64,000 bases of DNA from Camelus ferus (GCF_009834535.1 NC_045696.1:114578001-114642000), one strand, 5' to 3'. Shown: positions 49,015 through 63,082, counted from the stretch's first letter. Numbers and translations: made by a program. The notes: a model not told the origin generated them from the sequence alone.

Positions 49015-52000
49015 GCCTGCTGCAATTTTGATTAGGATTGCGTTGAATCTATAGATTGAATCAAGGAGGACTGATATCTTAATATTGCGTCTTTTTTTTA
49101 ACATTTTTTATTGATTTATAATCATTTTACAATGTTGTGTCAAATTCCAGTGTTCAGCACAATTTTTCAGTTATTCATGGACATATACACACTCATTGTC
49201 ACATTTTTTTCTCTGTGAGTTATCATAACATTTTGTGTATATTTCCCTGTGCTATACAGTGTAGTCTATTCTACCATTTTGAAATCCCAGTCTATCCCTT
49301 CCCACCCTCCACTCCCCTGGTAACCACAAGTCTGTATTCTCTGTTTGTGAGTCTATTTCTGTCCTTTATTTATGCTTTGTTTTTGTTTGTTTTTGTTTTT
49401 TAGATTCCACATATGAGCGATCTCATATGGTATTTTTCTTTCTCTTTCTGGCTTACTTCACTTAGAATGACATTCTCCAGGAGCATCCATGTTGCTGCAA
49501 ATGGCATTATGTTGTCGGTTTTTATGGCTGAGTAGCATTCCATTGTATAAATGTACCACTTCTTCTTTATCCAGTCACCTGTTGATGGACATTTAGGCTG
49601 TTTCCATGTCTTGGCTATTGTAAATAGTGCTGCTATGAACATTGGGGTGCAGGTGTCATCCTGAAGTAGATTTCCTTCTGGATACAAGCCCAGGAGTGGG
49701 GTTCCTGGGTCATATGGTGAGTCTATTCCTAGTCTTTTGAGGAATCTCCACACTGTTTTCCATAGTGGCTGCACCAAACTGCATTCCCACCAGCAGTGTA
49801 GGAGGGTTCCCCTTTCTCCACAACCTCTCCAGCATTTGTCATTTGTGGATTTTTGAATGACGGCCATTCTGACTGGTGTGAGGTGATACCTCATTGTAGT
49901 TTTGATTTGCATTTCTCTGATAATTAGTGGATATTGAGCATTTTTTCATGTGCTTTTTGATCATTTGTATGTCTTCCTTGGAGAATTGCTTGTTTAGGTC
50001 TTCTGCCCATTTTTGGATTGGGTTGTTTATTTTTTTCTTATTGAGTCGTATGAGCTGCTTATATATTCTGGAGATCAAGCCTTTGTCGGTTTCACTTGCA
50101 AAAATTTTCTCCCATTCCATAGGTTTTCTTCTTGTTTTATTTCTGGTTTCCTTTGCTGTGCAGAAGCTTGTAAGTTTCATTAGGTCCCATTTGTTTATTC
50201 TTGCTTTTATTTCTTCTAGGAGAAAATTTTTTAAATGTATGTCAGATAATGTTTTGCCTATGTTTTCCTCTAGGAGGTTTATTGTATCTTGTCTTATGTT
50301 TAAGTCTTTAATCCATTTTGAGTTGATTTTTTGTATAATTATTGAGTCTTTTAACCCCTTCGTTCTCAGTAATGTTTTACAGTTTTCAGTACATAGATCT
50401 CTCACATATTATCAGATTTATCTTTTTAATTGGAATTTTTATTATTTATTGTAGTATATAAAATGTTGATATTTTGTATTTAGTAGTTTTTTGGCTGATT
50501 CCATCATATTTTCTACAAGAAAGTTTGTTTTATGTCTTCTTTTCCAGTCTGAATGACCGTTCTTCTTTTTTTTCTCTTTCTACTTTCTTTACATTATATT
50601 ATTTTATTTTATTTCATTTTATCTGAATGTGCTGGCTGGAACCTGTAGTGCAATATTGAATAGAAATTGTAAAAGCAGAAATTCTTTTGTTAGGCCTGAT
50701 CTTAGGGGGAAACCATAGATTTTGGAGAATCCTTTCTCTGATTAAGAAAGTTTCTATTTTTAGTTTGCTTGGTTTTTCTTAAACAAAAATGGATTTCAGA
50801 TTTTGTCAAATGCTTTTCCGATGTCTGTAGAGATGATCACACATTTTGTTTTGATTTCTGTTTTTTTTTAAATGTAGTTCAATATGGTAAATTACATGAA
50901 TTGATTTCCAAATGTTAACTTGAAATAAACAATAATTTTTTGTGATATAGTATCCTTTATATATATTGTTGCTTTCAAATTGCTAAAATTTTGGTTAAAA
51001 TTTTTATATCTATGTTCAGTGGGGATAGTGGTCTATGGTTTTATTTTTAGTGTCTTTGGGTTTGGTATCAGCAATGTTGATCTCATAGAATGCATTAGGA
51101 ATTATCTTCTTCAGTTTTTTGGAAGAATTTTGTAGACTTGGTAATATTTCCTCCTTGAATAAACAAGCAAAGACATATTAGCCTGGAGTCCTTTGTTAGG
51201 GAAAGTTTTTAAACTACAAATTGAATTTCATCAGCAGATGCAGGGCTATTCGGCTATGTATTTCTCCTTTAGAGAGCGTTGATAACTTGTGCTTTTAAAG
51301 AATGTGTTCATTTCATCTAAGTTGTCAAATTGATGGGAGTGGAATTGTAACTAATACTTATTTTCCTTTTAATGTCTTTAAAATCTGAGAGATGTCACCT
51401 TTCTCATTCCAGGTATCAGTAATTTGTGTTTTATCTTTTTTTCCTGATCAGTCTGTCTAGAGATTTATCAACGTTACTGATCTTCTTAAAGAACCAGCTT
51501 TTAATTTCATTATTTTTTTACTAGCATCTTTTTGGTTTTTATTTTATTGATTTCCACTTCCGTATTTATTTTTTTCTTTGTTCTGTTCACTCTGGGCATC
51601 ATTTGCTCCTATTTTTATAGTAACTTTAGGTGTAAAATGGAGCCACTGATCTGTGATCTTTCTTCTCTGAATATAGGGTGTGTTGCCTTGAAGTTTCCTC
51701 TATATACAGCTTTCGTGGCATTCCACAAATTGTGACATATTGCATTTTATTTTTATTCAGTATAAGATATTTTCTAGTTTGCCCTTTGACTACCTTTTTG
51801 ACCTATTGGCTATTTGAAGTGTGTTATTTAGTTTCCAAATATTTGTATATTTTCCTGAAAGCTTTATGTTATTTGCATCTCACTTGTTTCATTTGGTCAA
51901 AGAACATGCCTTTTATGATCTGAATCATTTAGAATTTATTGAGATTTGCTTTAAGATTCAGAATATGTTAGTAAACATTCCAGATATGTTTTTTAAAATG

Positions 52001-53760
52001 TGTTTGCTGCTGTTGTTGGGTAGACATTTATTTGGATCAAGCTGTTTGATAATATTGTTCAAGTCTAGTGCACATTCGCTGATGTATTTCTTACTTACTC
52101 AATCACTTACGGAGTGCAGGTGTTGAAATAGGTGACTGTGATTGTCGATTTATCTATTTCTTTTTGCAGTTCAATCCACTTTGCTTTATGTACTTTGAAG
52201 CTCCAGTTTAAGTACATAAATATTCAGGATTGTTATGACCTTTTGGTGAATTGAACTTCTCGTATCTTTACTAATGTGCTTTGCTGCAAAACTTACTTCA
52301 TCTATGTACAAAGTACTCCGGCTTTCTCTTGACTGGTGTTATAGGGGTGTTTGCTTGTTTGTTTGTTTTACTGCTTTAAAGTCATTCCCCCACTGTCACT
52401 TTGCTGGCATTGTTTCTCATGACATATCTGCTATCATCCTTTTCCCTGCATAACCTTGTTTTACTCTGGCTGTACATTTTTCTCTTTCTCACTGGTCTTG
52501 AGTAAAGATGATGGTGTGTCCCTTAATGTTTATTTTGCTTGGATTTGTGGAGCGACATAGATTTTTGACGTTTATAATTTTGATCAATTTTGGAAAATTT
52601 TCAGCCATCATTTCCTCAATTTTTTTTGTCCTTCTCTTTTGAGGATGCACAAGTACATGTAAATTAGCCTGCTTGAAGTTGTCTCACAGTTCACTGAAGT
52701 TGTGTTTATTTTATAAAATTTTCCTTTTTCTCTTTGTTTCAGCTTAGATCATTTTATTACTTTTTTTTTTTTTTTTGCCAAGTTTCCTACTGGTTTCATC
52801 AGGAATGTTTGCTCTGTTGTTAATCCTACTCAGTATATATTTTACCTCAAATATTGCAGTTTGCATGGCTAGAAGTTTTTTTTTTCCCCAAAAATATCTT
52901 CCATTTCTCTAATTCTTTGAATGTGTGGAATACAATTGTAATGTTTAAATTTCCTTGTCTGTCAATTCTAACATCTGTCACAATGCTGAGGCATTTGTAT
53001 TTGATTACTTTCCTCATGATGGCATGTGTTCCAGCTTCTTTGCGTGTCTGGTCACCTTTGATTAGATGGCAGATGTTGTGAGTCTCCCTTTGTTGAGTAC
53101 TGAATATTTTTATATTCCTGTAAATATTCTTGTGCTTCTTCCTGGGTTAAGTTAAATGTCTTCGAAATTATCTTATCTTTTCAGGTCTTGCTTTATGATT
53201 TGTGAGGTGTATCTGAATTGACGATCTGTCTAGAGTTAGTTATTTCCATTGCTGAGGCAAGACTTTCCTGAGGACACTGCCCATGAGTGATGAGTTTTTC
53301 CAGTCTGGCTAGTGGGAGCAGGAGTGGGCACCATCCCTAACCCCACATGAGTGCCATGCACTGTTCCATTTCATCTTTCCAGATGATTCTTTTCCAGGCC
53401 TTGAGCAGTTTCCCCACATACTTGTGTTGGTTAGTACTTTGCTAAATAGTCAAGTCTCTCTGCAGCTCTCCAGGGTTCTCTTGCTGTGCGATGCTGGCTG
53501 CCTTGCTTTCCCCAGACACTAACTTCCATCCCCTTAACCCACTGAGATCACCAGGTTCTGCCTGGTTCCCCTTCCCTGCACTGTAGCCTTGAAATGCCTT
53601 CAAGGTGGGGCCATGATAGGACCCACCTTGTTTCTCATTTCTCAAGGACCACTGTCTTTCATTATCTGCAGTCCATTTTGAAAATCATCTTTGTCAAATA
53701 TTTTATCTTTTGGGGGAGGGTTGTTTTGGAATGAGAGCATAAATCTAGTTACTGTTAACA
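49015..53760 (-). mobile_element. Large decayed old L1 (L1M-type; ORF2, ORF1 and 5' remnants), interrupted by a young L1
   Basis: T-rich antisense L1 signatures such as GATTGCGTTGAATCTATAGAT, GATTTTGTCAAATGCTTTT and CTTAAAGAACCAGCTTTT. No intact ORF. The right boundary is approximate. Confidence 0.8.
49095..50338 (-). mobile_element. Young 5'-truncated L1 (~1.25 kb) encoding the ORF2 C-terminus
   Basis: ORFs 49839-50405 and 49400-49912 give [13 protein letters not shown]... and [17 protein letters not shown]...[18 protein letters not shown] (CCHC knuckle), split by one frameshift. TSD TATTG(C/A)GTCTTT at 49083-49094 and 50340-50351. Confidence 0.96.
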
Positions 53761-55769
53761 CATCTTTGTTATCTCTGTTAGAAACAGAAGCCCACATTTG
53801 GGTTTATATTTCAGACCTTTTATAGTGGTGGAGATAGTCTAAAACTAGATCTTACAGAGCTGGTCAGGTGGCATGAGGACCCCTTACATTATGTGAGCTC
53901 AGATTATAATGGGTTGGTTTATTAACCTTGAAAACCTATACTCTCCCTCGGCTATCATTATTAGATTGGGTTATACCTCAATCCACTGAGATTGTCCATG
54001 ACATGGTTTACTGACATCACTAAAGGGATTAAAATGGGAGGAAATTTTCTTTCTTAGTCTGTGGCCTTGGGATGGCAATTCAATCTCTCTTTGTTCCTCC
54101 TGGGTAAATCATCAGATACACTGCATTTTAACAGCCCTTCGGAATACATAATGAAGACTCTTGGCTAGATCAAATACATGGAAGGCTGGCTGGATTCTCC
54201 TGAGTTCTATGTATTTAATTTCGGGGGTAGCTTTGCTTTTTCTGTAAGCCCTTGGCTTCTGGGGAAACAAGTAGTAGGTTGTTCACCTTCTCCTTTGGGA
54301 TACCTGAGATGGCTCCATTCTAAGCACCAGCCTTCAGTCGTTAATAACATCATGAACAGGAATTTATTATTAGCTAACCACAAAACAACAAACAGCACTG
54401 TGGAATTCCCCCCCTCCCCCTTACACCTTTATTCCTTTACAGCAAATTTCCAGCTGTGGTATTTTCCTGGTTATTCTCATTTCAACAGTTTGATAAATTT
54501 GTCCACTCCTACATAATATGTGTGCATGAACATTTTTAGGGAGCTGGACAGCTTCCTAGACCCTCCACCACTTGGCTTTCTATTGTCCCATTAAACCAAT
54601 TTTAGAGGACTTTCTGCTTCCAACATATAAAAGCCTTCCAATTGTCTGTAATAACCTAAATGTTTTAAATCTGATTTTCATTAATACTGTAAGTTTCATT
54701 GTTTCCTATTAGTAATTCAAGTCGCAGAAGATTTTCTTCCTTAGTGTTTAAGCTATTTGAGTTTGTCTCTTACCTGTGCAAAGAAAGTTACTTGTACAGG
54801 TTTAAATTACATTTTCTCCCCTATGTTTTTAATATAACAAACCCCCAAAGTTTATGCTACATTCAAAATACCGTCTGTTAGTCATATTCTTAAAATATAT
54901 TTCATTGCATTTTAATGGGGGTCCTATTTGACTGTCAATTTTATTCTGAAAGAATTGTGGTTAAGGGGAGTGTGTGGGCAATTTTTTTCTATAATTGTTA
55001 TTAAATTTAAAAACGAATTTATCTTTGAGATTTTTATTATTTATTATGAATCTTATATCAATGGTAGACATCTAAAAACATCTTTTTTTTTTTAATCAAA
55101 TTGTCTCTCCTTTGGAGGTTTTTATTTTCTTTCACAAGATCAAGATCCCAGGAAGACAACCAAAGACTTTTTAATAAGAAGTGAGATTCAGATATTCTCA
55201 AGGGGAAGATGTAAAACAGTTTTAGCTATTAAAAGATAATATCAAAGAAAGCAGAAGTGCATAACCTGAAAAATGGATCAATTAGGAATCTACCATATCC
55301 TTGGGAGCAGGAGCATTTCAATTAAAAAATTGAGACCAGGGCTATTAATATTATTGAATGAAGACAACGAACGCTGTGACACATTTTCATTTACTATTGT
55401 AATACCCAAGGGCCAACCGCAGAGGCATCTCATTTCCTCATGACCACGTGGAAATTCTCAGTGTATTTAGTCACAAAAGAGCTTCATCTTTTTGAAGAGT
55501 TTTCTTGATCTGGCTAAAGCTCTGACCTCACTTTTGTGGGGCAGAGAGGATTTACTGACAGTTTTCTGGAAAGGAATGGAACCATCCCTTCTAAGTATTA
55601 TAATCAGGATGTGATATCAGAATATTGGTCATGAATATATATGTGCATATTTTTCCTAAGAATGTATTAGCTTCCAATGAGACAGCGTTGATACTTGACA
55701 TCAGGAAATTCTGTTAGCTCTATTTTCCAAATAGATGGATGATATGACCACTTTTCATCGCAGCTAATG

Positions 55770-56300
55770 TAACCAAACCAGTCCCCGTCATCATCATCTC
55801 TGCCCTGGGTTGTGCCAGTAGCATCCTAGCTGGGCTCCCTGCTTTGTCCCCTGGCCCTTTGCATTATACTCTCAATGAAGAAGCCAGAGTGATCATATTT
55901 AAGGCATGTCCAATAATATCTCTCTTTCCTTAAACCTGCAATAACTCCCCTTTTCACCCTGAGTAAAAGCGAATTTCCTCATGATGGCTCATATGTCTTC
56001 ACGTGATGGGACATCCTGCTACTTCTCTGCTTCTTCTAAAACCTCTTTCCCGCACTCATTTGGTGCCTGCCCCGCTGGTTTCCTCGCTCTTTCCCGCACA
56101 CCAGACACGCTCCATCCTGAGGCCTTTGCACTGGCTTTTCCTTCTTCCTGGGATACCCTCCCCAAATATCCTCACTGCTGCCGCCTTCACCTTTTATATC
56201 TGCATCTTTGCTCAAATGTCCACCTTCCGAAGGAGATTTTCCTTTGCCACCCTTTTTAAAATCACCTACCCTACCCCCGCCCCGAGCACTTTTACTTCTG
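55770..56300 (+). mobile_element. L2 fragment
   Basis: CATCATCTCTGCCCTGG...CCTAGCTGGGCTCCCTGCTT...AGCCAGAGTGATC...GGCCTTTGCACTGGCTTTTCCTTCTTCCTGG...GCTCAAATGTCCACCT. Confidence 0.85.
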
Positions 56301-57679
56301 CCATAACAAGTACCTAATTCATATTTGTTAAACAAATAAAGTAAATGCATTGATTTATCGCAGTGACGCTGAGGTCAATGCTTTGAATGTGAGAGAAGGC
56401 AAGCCAAGAGAGAAGATTTATTTTGTATGGGCCAGATATTTCTTTCTGTAAATCTGATTTCTGCATAGAAACTCCTTTATTTTGCCACATTAGCATCATT
56501 TTAACCAAACACATTTATGAGTGATGAATGTTTTGTTGTGCATCTCAGTTTAGATCGTGCATAATACAGTAGTTGTGTAAGTACATTTGTTGAATTTACT
56601 GGGATGGAGTAACTGATCAAAAAGTTTATTTTCGCACCTTGCATCTGGTCTTAATTATTTCTCTCTCCTTGGGTCAGGGTGTGATTTCCATTTCAGTTCA
56701 CCTGAATGAGATGCCCTTCCAGTCCAGATAAGCCAGAGAAATGCTGAATATCCTAAGACTTTGATAACTACTATTTTGTGTAGAAATGTTGGGTGTTGTA
56801 GCTCCAAAGGAAATTAAAAATGGATTATATATAAGGTGATGTACTGTTCCTTTTAGCATTCACATCTGTATTTTAATTGACCTGGACATCAGTATTAGGA
56901 ATACATTTAAAGCTTGTTTGAATATTATTTATTTGAATTGATTTCTGTTGCTTGATCTTTGCTATGTAAAGAAACCAATGAGTCTACTTTCATAAAACAA
57001 TGTTTAGATTTAATAATATTTCCTTGTGTCAAGTAATTTTTAAAACAAAACTTTATATTTACTAACATAGAACATTGACAATATTTATCTAAACTTAAGG
57101 TTAGAAGCATTTCCCACTTGTAAATATACTCACTGACTTTGAAGGTGAGGGAATTCTTAATGTTTGTCTTACCAAGCTCATTAAGACACAGGATTATTTT
57201 TCACTGCCAAAATCTGAGAAGGAGGGTTGAAGCACCCAAAAGCCATTGCCAAGACACTCTTGAAACCTATTTTAAAATAGCTTTACTTTTTTTTCTCCAT
57301 TCCAAATTGTAATGGTGATTGCAGTATGCAGTCATACACAATAGGAAAGTTATATATACAAACAGCGTTTAAAACCCACACAGGGATAGTGGCCTCTGAT
57401 TCATCATCATTATTGTTACGAGGGCATCTGGACATCATTGGCACATTCCAGGCTTGCACCTTAAAGGTCACTTTATCAGTAACGTGTCAGTGCCTCACAC
57501 TTCTTTTTCTCATCTGTTTGAAAGTAATAAATCTAGTATTTTTAATGCTTTCTCCTATTTCATTTTTTCAGCATTTATTTAGCACACAATTAATTTAGGT
57601 ATTACCTAAAAGTCTTACACGTTTAACACAGTGTCCTCTATGTAGTAGTTTCTTGGTCGTAAGTGAGATCACTTCTGGA

Positions 57680-57873
57680 TCAGTGCTGGTCAAGGGGATT
57701 TTTTGTGACGATAATGGCACTGTTCTATATCTGTATTGTCCCCCACGGTAACCACTAGCCACATGTGGTCATCGAGCGGTTAGTGGGACTAAAGAGTTGA
57801 ACTTTTAATTTTATTTAAATTTAGGCAATCTAAATTTAAATAGCCGTATGTGGCTAGTGGCCACCATATTGGG
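57680..57873. mobile_element. hAT-Charlie MITE (MER3-like)
   Basis: TGTTCTATATCTGT...GGTAACCACTAGCCACATGTGG...AAATTTAAATAGCCGTATGTGGCTAGTGGCCACCATATTGG. Confidence 0.88.
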
Positions 57874-58001
57874 TCTCTCTGTCCCTGATATCTTGTTTCT
57901 GTGGGGTTACAGACCCTACAAGGGAATTTGGACAAGAATGGCTGTGTTCTCTCTCCTTCAGTTCTTGACCTCTGTGGTTTGGACTATTGTCTGTCTCTCT
58001 C

Positions 58002-58212
58002 TTTTATTTTTTTTTCTTAATTGAAGTACAACTACAATATGTCGATTTCTGTTGTACAGCACAATGTCCCAGTCATGCATATGTACACATATATTCATTT
58101 TCATATTCTTTTTCATTAAAGGTTATTACAAGACATTGAATATAGCTCCCTGTGCTACACAGAAGAAACTTTTAAAAATCTATTTTTATATATAGTGGCT
58201 AACATTTGCAAA
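58002..58212 (-). mobile_element. L1 3'-end fragment
   Basis: Same terminus family as 15831; flanks share GTCTGTCTC..CTTTT (probable TSD). Confidence 0.88.
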
Positions 58213-59685
58213 GTCTGTCTCCTTTTAAGCATCTCTGTACCACTGATCATTATGCTAACTGTGGGCCACTGCTTGCCCCATCGTTAGTGACCTTCTGAAT
58301 CTCCAGCAATGTGCATATACCGTTGCTAATGCCTTTTTGACCCCTGGAGTGACCTTGGAGAACTTAGTATCTGAACACCTACTGTTGTTACTTAGTATTT
58401 ATTGCTACCTCTTCTCTTCCTAAAGCTGTGGGCTGTCTCTGGTTCACGTGGAGAGCTCGGTCTCCAACCCCTGAGGCAAATTCCGTGGGTATTTTTAAAG
58501 GTATCTGCCATTTCACCACCATGTTCATAAAACCAAGCAAGGAACTAGTTTGATGAGTTATGTGCTGGGTTTCAGTAAAAATTTTACTATAAAGCTTATT
58601 GAAAAGATTCACAAGCTGTTGCTGTGCAGAACCTGTGCTGATCCTGAACGTTGGAGCTTACCCTCTATTTACATCTACTTGCTACATGAGTGTAAAAGTG
58701 TCTTCATCCAGCTGGGTCTGAATGGGAGGCTTGTCTTGACACCAAATTTAAAAATTCCTTCTTTACTTCTCTCAATTCCTGTATTTGTATCTAGTACAAT
58801 AGCAGATATTTGTAGAAATAGGATATCGACGTGTGGGTTTTGTGGAAAGAACTCACTAGATTTTCTGGTCTCGCGAGCCTTGACTGACTGTCCATGAACT
58901 TGAGCTGCCATGTCAGAGCTTTTCAGGAGAGAATCTGTCCATGAAGCTTAAATGCGGACCTCTTTTTCTAGCCAACAAGAAACATAAACAACAGCAAAAC
59001 AATAATAAATAAAAAAAAAATCTCTCCTCCCCTGTGTCAAGTCCCACACAAGGGTGGTCTCCTGGCACTGCTGGCTGTGCTCCTGAGGGGATAGCTCTTC
59101 CATCGCTGCCTCTGTTCCCCGCTTTCCAAGGCTGAACAGGATTTTGGTAGGAAGAGCTAGTTTGAAGCCTGGTTACACATACCCTCACATTATACTTGGA
59201 CTCACCTCCCTCAGAAACCCAACTGCCTCTAGTCTACGCTGTCCAATTTTCTCCTCACCCACAGGACTTTTCCTCTCCAGAGCCCCTTTGGTCCTTTCAG
59301 TGGCCGCCTGTGGTAATTAAGCCTCCCAAAGCCCCAGTCAGTCTGGATATGTCTGAACCTAAATTGCAGACAAAGTTCAAGAGCTTTCCCACAGGACTTG
59401 AGGGCCCCATATAAATCATTGCGTATTGATGGGGGCTTAAATATTCCTGAGTTGGTTACAGAACCCTGTCTGTTTGATGTATCCATAGACTTCTGACCAC
59501 AGCTGTACTTAACTCTACACGGTGAGGTGGCAGGCTTGTCTGAGTCTCACATTTGATTGAACCAAGATACTCTACTCTATAAAATGTTAAAATAAAAATG
59601 CAAGTTACATCAAAACCTTTAAAGTAAGCCAAAAAAGCCACATATGCCACTGCAAAACATAAGTTTTTAAAGAAGGAATATTTAC

Positions 59686-59818
59686 TTTTTTTTTTTTTTT
59701 TTTTTTTTGGTGGGGTAGGTAATTATGTTTATTTATTTTTAGAGGAGGTACTGGGGATTGAACCCAGGACCTCATGCATGCTAAGCATGCACCCTACCAC
59801 TGAGCTATACCCTCCCCC
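59686..59818 (-). mobile_element. tRNA-Ala-derived SINE (camelid vic-1 type)
   Basis: Reverse complement has an intact A box (TAGCTCAGTGG) and B box (GGTTCAATCC), AGC at the anticodon position, and a long poly(A) tail. Flanks share AAGAAGGA. Confidence 0.92.
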
Positions 59819-61790
59819 TTTAAGAAGGAGTCTGATGGGCCTGGATCATACGACTGCACACCCAGTGTATGTACACCCTTGTCTTGAAAAGGCAGCAGAA
59901 TGAAGGGTAAAAGCAGGTATAATTCAAAAATAATTCTCCATACTTCGACTTAATTCTAATGGAAACTCACTCAAGTACTCAAGGGTGAGAAGACTGGGAT
60001 TTCGAGAGGTCAAGTGACTTGCTCAGCTAAATTATGTTAAAAATACATTTTCCAGAGGGAAAATGTTCAAAAATCATTCAAAAGAAAGAACACAACTTTA
60101 TATTTTGGGGCTCATTAAATTTTTTTTCTCTTATTAACTTTTTATCCTGAATATAAAACTCCGAATTGGGTTTCTTTGCTATATTGTTGTTTTATGAGTT
60201 CTGTCATTTGCTTCTGAGGCCCCTTCAGAAAAGTTCTGATAATATAGCTTAGAAGTCTATTTTTTTTAAATAATGAATTTTTTTTCCCTTCATTTTTTAT
60301 TGAGAATTTAAAGTAAAGGTAGCCAAAAAAAAGAACCCAATTCTTTGATGTCACAACTGAAATTGTTAGTTGAAAACAGCTGCCAGGCAGTCCCTACCTT
60401 ACGGTCTCAGAATGGAATTGTCACATTTGTTCTGCCACTTGTTTTTAATTTTATTGGGATATATCAGTCTGACAGGATTGCAAGAGGCAAATTCAAATTA
60501 AGTTCTGTTGAACTGCCTTCATCTGTTAATAGCCCTTGTGAGCACAGAAAGAATAAGAACCTGTGACAGGGCGGAGCCTTGCTTCCGCATTCTCCTCTAG
60601 CTTTGCCCCCGTACCACTCTGGAAGACAACATTCTTTCCCCACTTTTGCTCATTTACAAATATGCTGGCTGAAGGTGAGCTGTGTTGATTTGTTCTCTCA
60701 GGCCAGGCATAGGCATTGGAGTGGAGAAGAGGAGTGGTGGAGAGGTCCTTATAACAGGCGGAGGGTCCCCCCCCCCTCCACCAGCTCCATCCCCTGCTCA
60801 GCCAGGCATCATTAAATGCATATTTACTTTGGGAACATTGCTGCTGCAGGAGAAGAAATATATACACTAGAGGCAGGTGGCTTTTTCTTGCCATAGAAAG
60901 AGAGTTTTAAAATAATGACATTCCATTAGCCTATGACTAAACTATGTGTGGGTGCACAGGCTCATATGGAGTGTATTAAAATTACAAAAAGTATTGATGG
61001 GAGAAAGCCAAGAGCATCCGAACAGGTGCTAGCTTTGCCTCTGATTAGTGATGCGACCTCAGAAAAATCGCTTTATTTCTCTGAGTCATCATTTTTCACA
61101 TCATCAGATAAACTAAAAAAAAAAAAATGCTGTGTCTGATTGGCTTACAGAACTTGAAAAACTATAAAGCACTGTGGAAAAATATTAAGCTAATTCCAGC
61201 CACATTTGATGTGTCTCATCTGGAGAATGAAGAGATTTTGAGCGTGCAACATCCTTTATTTTAAAATAATCTTTTAATTTGAAGGAATGTAAATTTAATA
61301 TGATAGATTCTTCCAGGGAGTCAATTACATCTTGAGAATTAATTGGGCATTTTGGAAGCTACATAAATCTGAAGTGTAATTTTCTAGACGAGGTTCTGTT
61401 GTCCTAGTCAACTTGATGCAGGTTATGAGTTGGTCAACTTACGATCAAGTAATAATTTATGGATGAGAAAATCTGGTGCAATAATTCAAACTCTTACAAT
61501 CAATTAGTCAGCAAAGTGAGGGCAGTGCTCCTTATGTGCCGAGGGCTGTATTGGGCAGTAACTGGACACAAAAGGGTAGGATTTACATCTAAACTTTTTG
61601 AAGAGGACATTCTCTCAGGAAAAGTCTTAAGTCATTTAAAAAGAAACAGATGAGGAAAAAAGTCAACTCATATAATGTTGAAGATACAAGGAATTAAAAT
61701 AAAAATCAAGGTGAGCTGAGGCTTGTCCAAAAAAGCTTCTGAGGGTTAACTTTTTTAAAAAAGAGTGTATTCTTTTATCTGTACTATTAC

Positions 61791-62309
61791 TGTAATAGAG
61801 AAGAACAAATCTGACTCCATATTGGATCTGTTCCTTCAGCTCTAACCCTGTGCTCTGTTACCTGGGCTTGGTCATGCTGGTTCTGCACCTTTTGTGAAAG
61901 AATGTTGCCTAGGGCCTGAAATACACAGGAGAGCCTATTCTCAAGGCTCTGACTTTTAAGGGTGTAACACTTTCCCGTTCATATAGGGATAAAGATTTGC
62001 AAAGGAGAAAATAACACGTGTCTTGTTGGAGGTTTACAGGGACACCGTGACTGACCCACGTGGACAGCTACAAGAACAAAGGATTCTGACACCAAGAGGT
62101 TTGCAACAACCGATTATACCCCCTCCCTTTTTAGTATAAAAAGAAACCTAAATTCTGACTTGGAGAAGATGGTTCTCTAGAACATTAGTACCCCATCTTT
62201 TCAGTCTGCTGTCTTTTTGAATAAAGTCATTATTTCTTGCCCCGACACCTCGTCTCTTGATTTATTGGCCTGTCGTGCGGCAAGCAGAATGAGTTTGAAC
62301 TCAGTAATA
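61791..62309 (+). mobile_element. ERV1-class solo LTR (MER72/LTR39-like 3' end)
   Basis: Starts TGTAA and ends GTAATA (decayed GTAACA). Perfect 4-bp TSD TTAC at 61787-61790 and 62310-62313. TATAAAA at ~62135 and AATAAA at 62220-62225. Confidence 0.92.
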
Positions 62310-63019
62310 TTACCACAAAGCAAGTTCACATGTAAATGAGAACTTCCTATACTTTGCATGATTTTGAATATCTATGTATCCAAATTTTCTAAATACAAAA
62401 TTATCAAAAAATCTAAATCCAAACCGTATCAACCTCAAATTCCTTGGTGAAAATTTTCACTCTAATTTTTCTTTCTTCCAATAAACAAGGATATGTATGG
62501 ATAACCTTTAAGTTGCACAAAATCCTTCTGTCTGAAGGTAATGCACATACCACAAGGAATGGGAAAGAAATAAACAACACTCTTTGGATAAAGTTACTTC
62601 CTGAAAATAGGTTATTCACTTTTAGCTTTAGTAGACTTTTGTAAGCCTAAGTATGTGTACCGCCTAGGCAGCTTCTGCCTGAACGGAAGCTTTTTTGAGG
62701 GAACTGTCAATGGCAGTGAGGCAGTCTGTCCACCTGTCTTACCAGCCCTGGGGAGTGTCCGCTGTCCAGAGGACAGAGCAGTGAGCATTAGGACAGCGGT
62801 CATGGTAGCCTTTCCCATGTTCCATAATGATTAGTTGGTATCCTGTGTTCCATGTTATCTGAGACCAAGGGCAAAACCTGACTCTCTCTATGTTCCTCCA
62901 CTTTGTAGGAAACCCAGTGACATTAACATTGACATTTGTGAAGCATATGGAGTTTTCCCTTATTCTACATGTGTATTCCAAGTGGTGTTTTAGAGTTCCA
63001 GAATAACTATGCCTGCTTT

Positions 63020-63082
63020 TCTGACCCACAGAAGCTGCCAGTGTTGGGAAAATTTGTTATGTAGCAACTGATAACTAATGCA
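63020..63082 (+). mobile_element. MLT1 LTR 3'-terminal fragment
   Basis: AATTTGTTATGTAGCAACTGATAACTAATGCA matches the MLT1 end. Confidence 0.6.

Noticed and set aside
49400..50454. Long ORFs (170, 188 and 175 aa) as host genes
   Set aside because: The minus-strand ORFs are L1 ORF2 fragments, and the plus-strand ORF is their antisense shadow.
59744..59818. tRNA-Ala gene (also at 9373-9451)
   Set aside because: Followed by the SINE-specific tail and poly(A), and present in two copies of the same structure.
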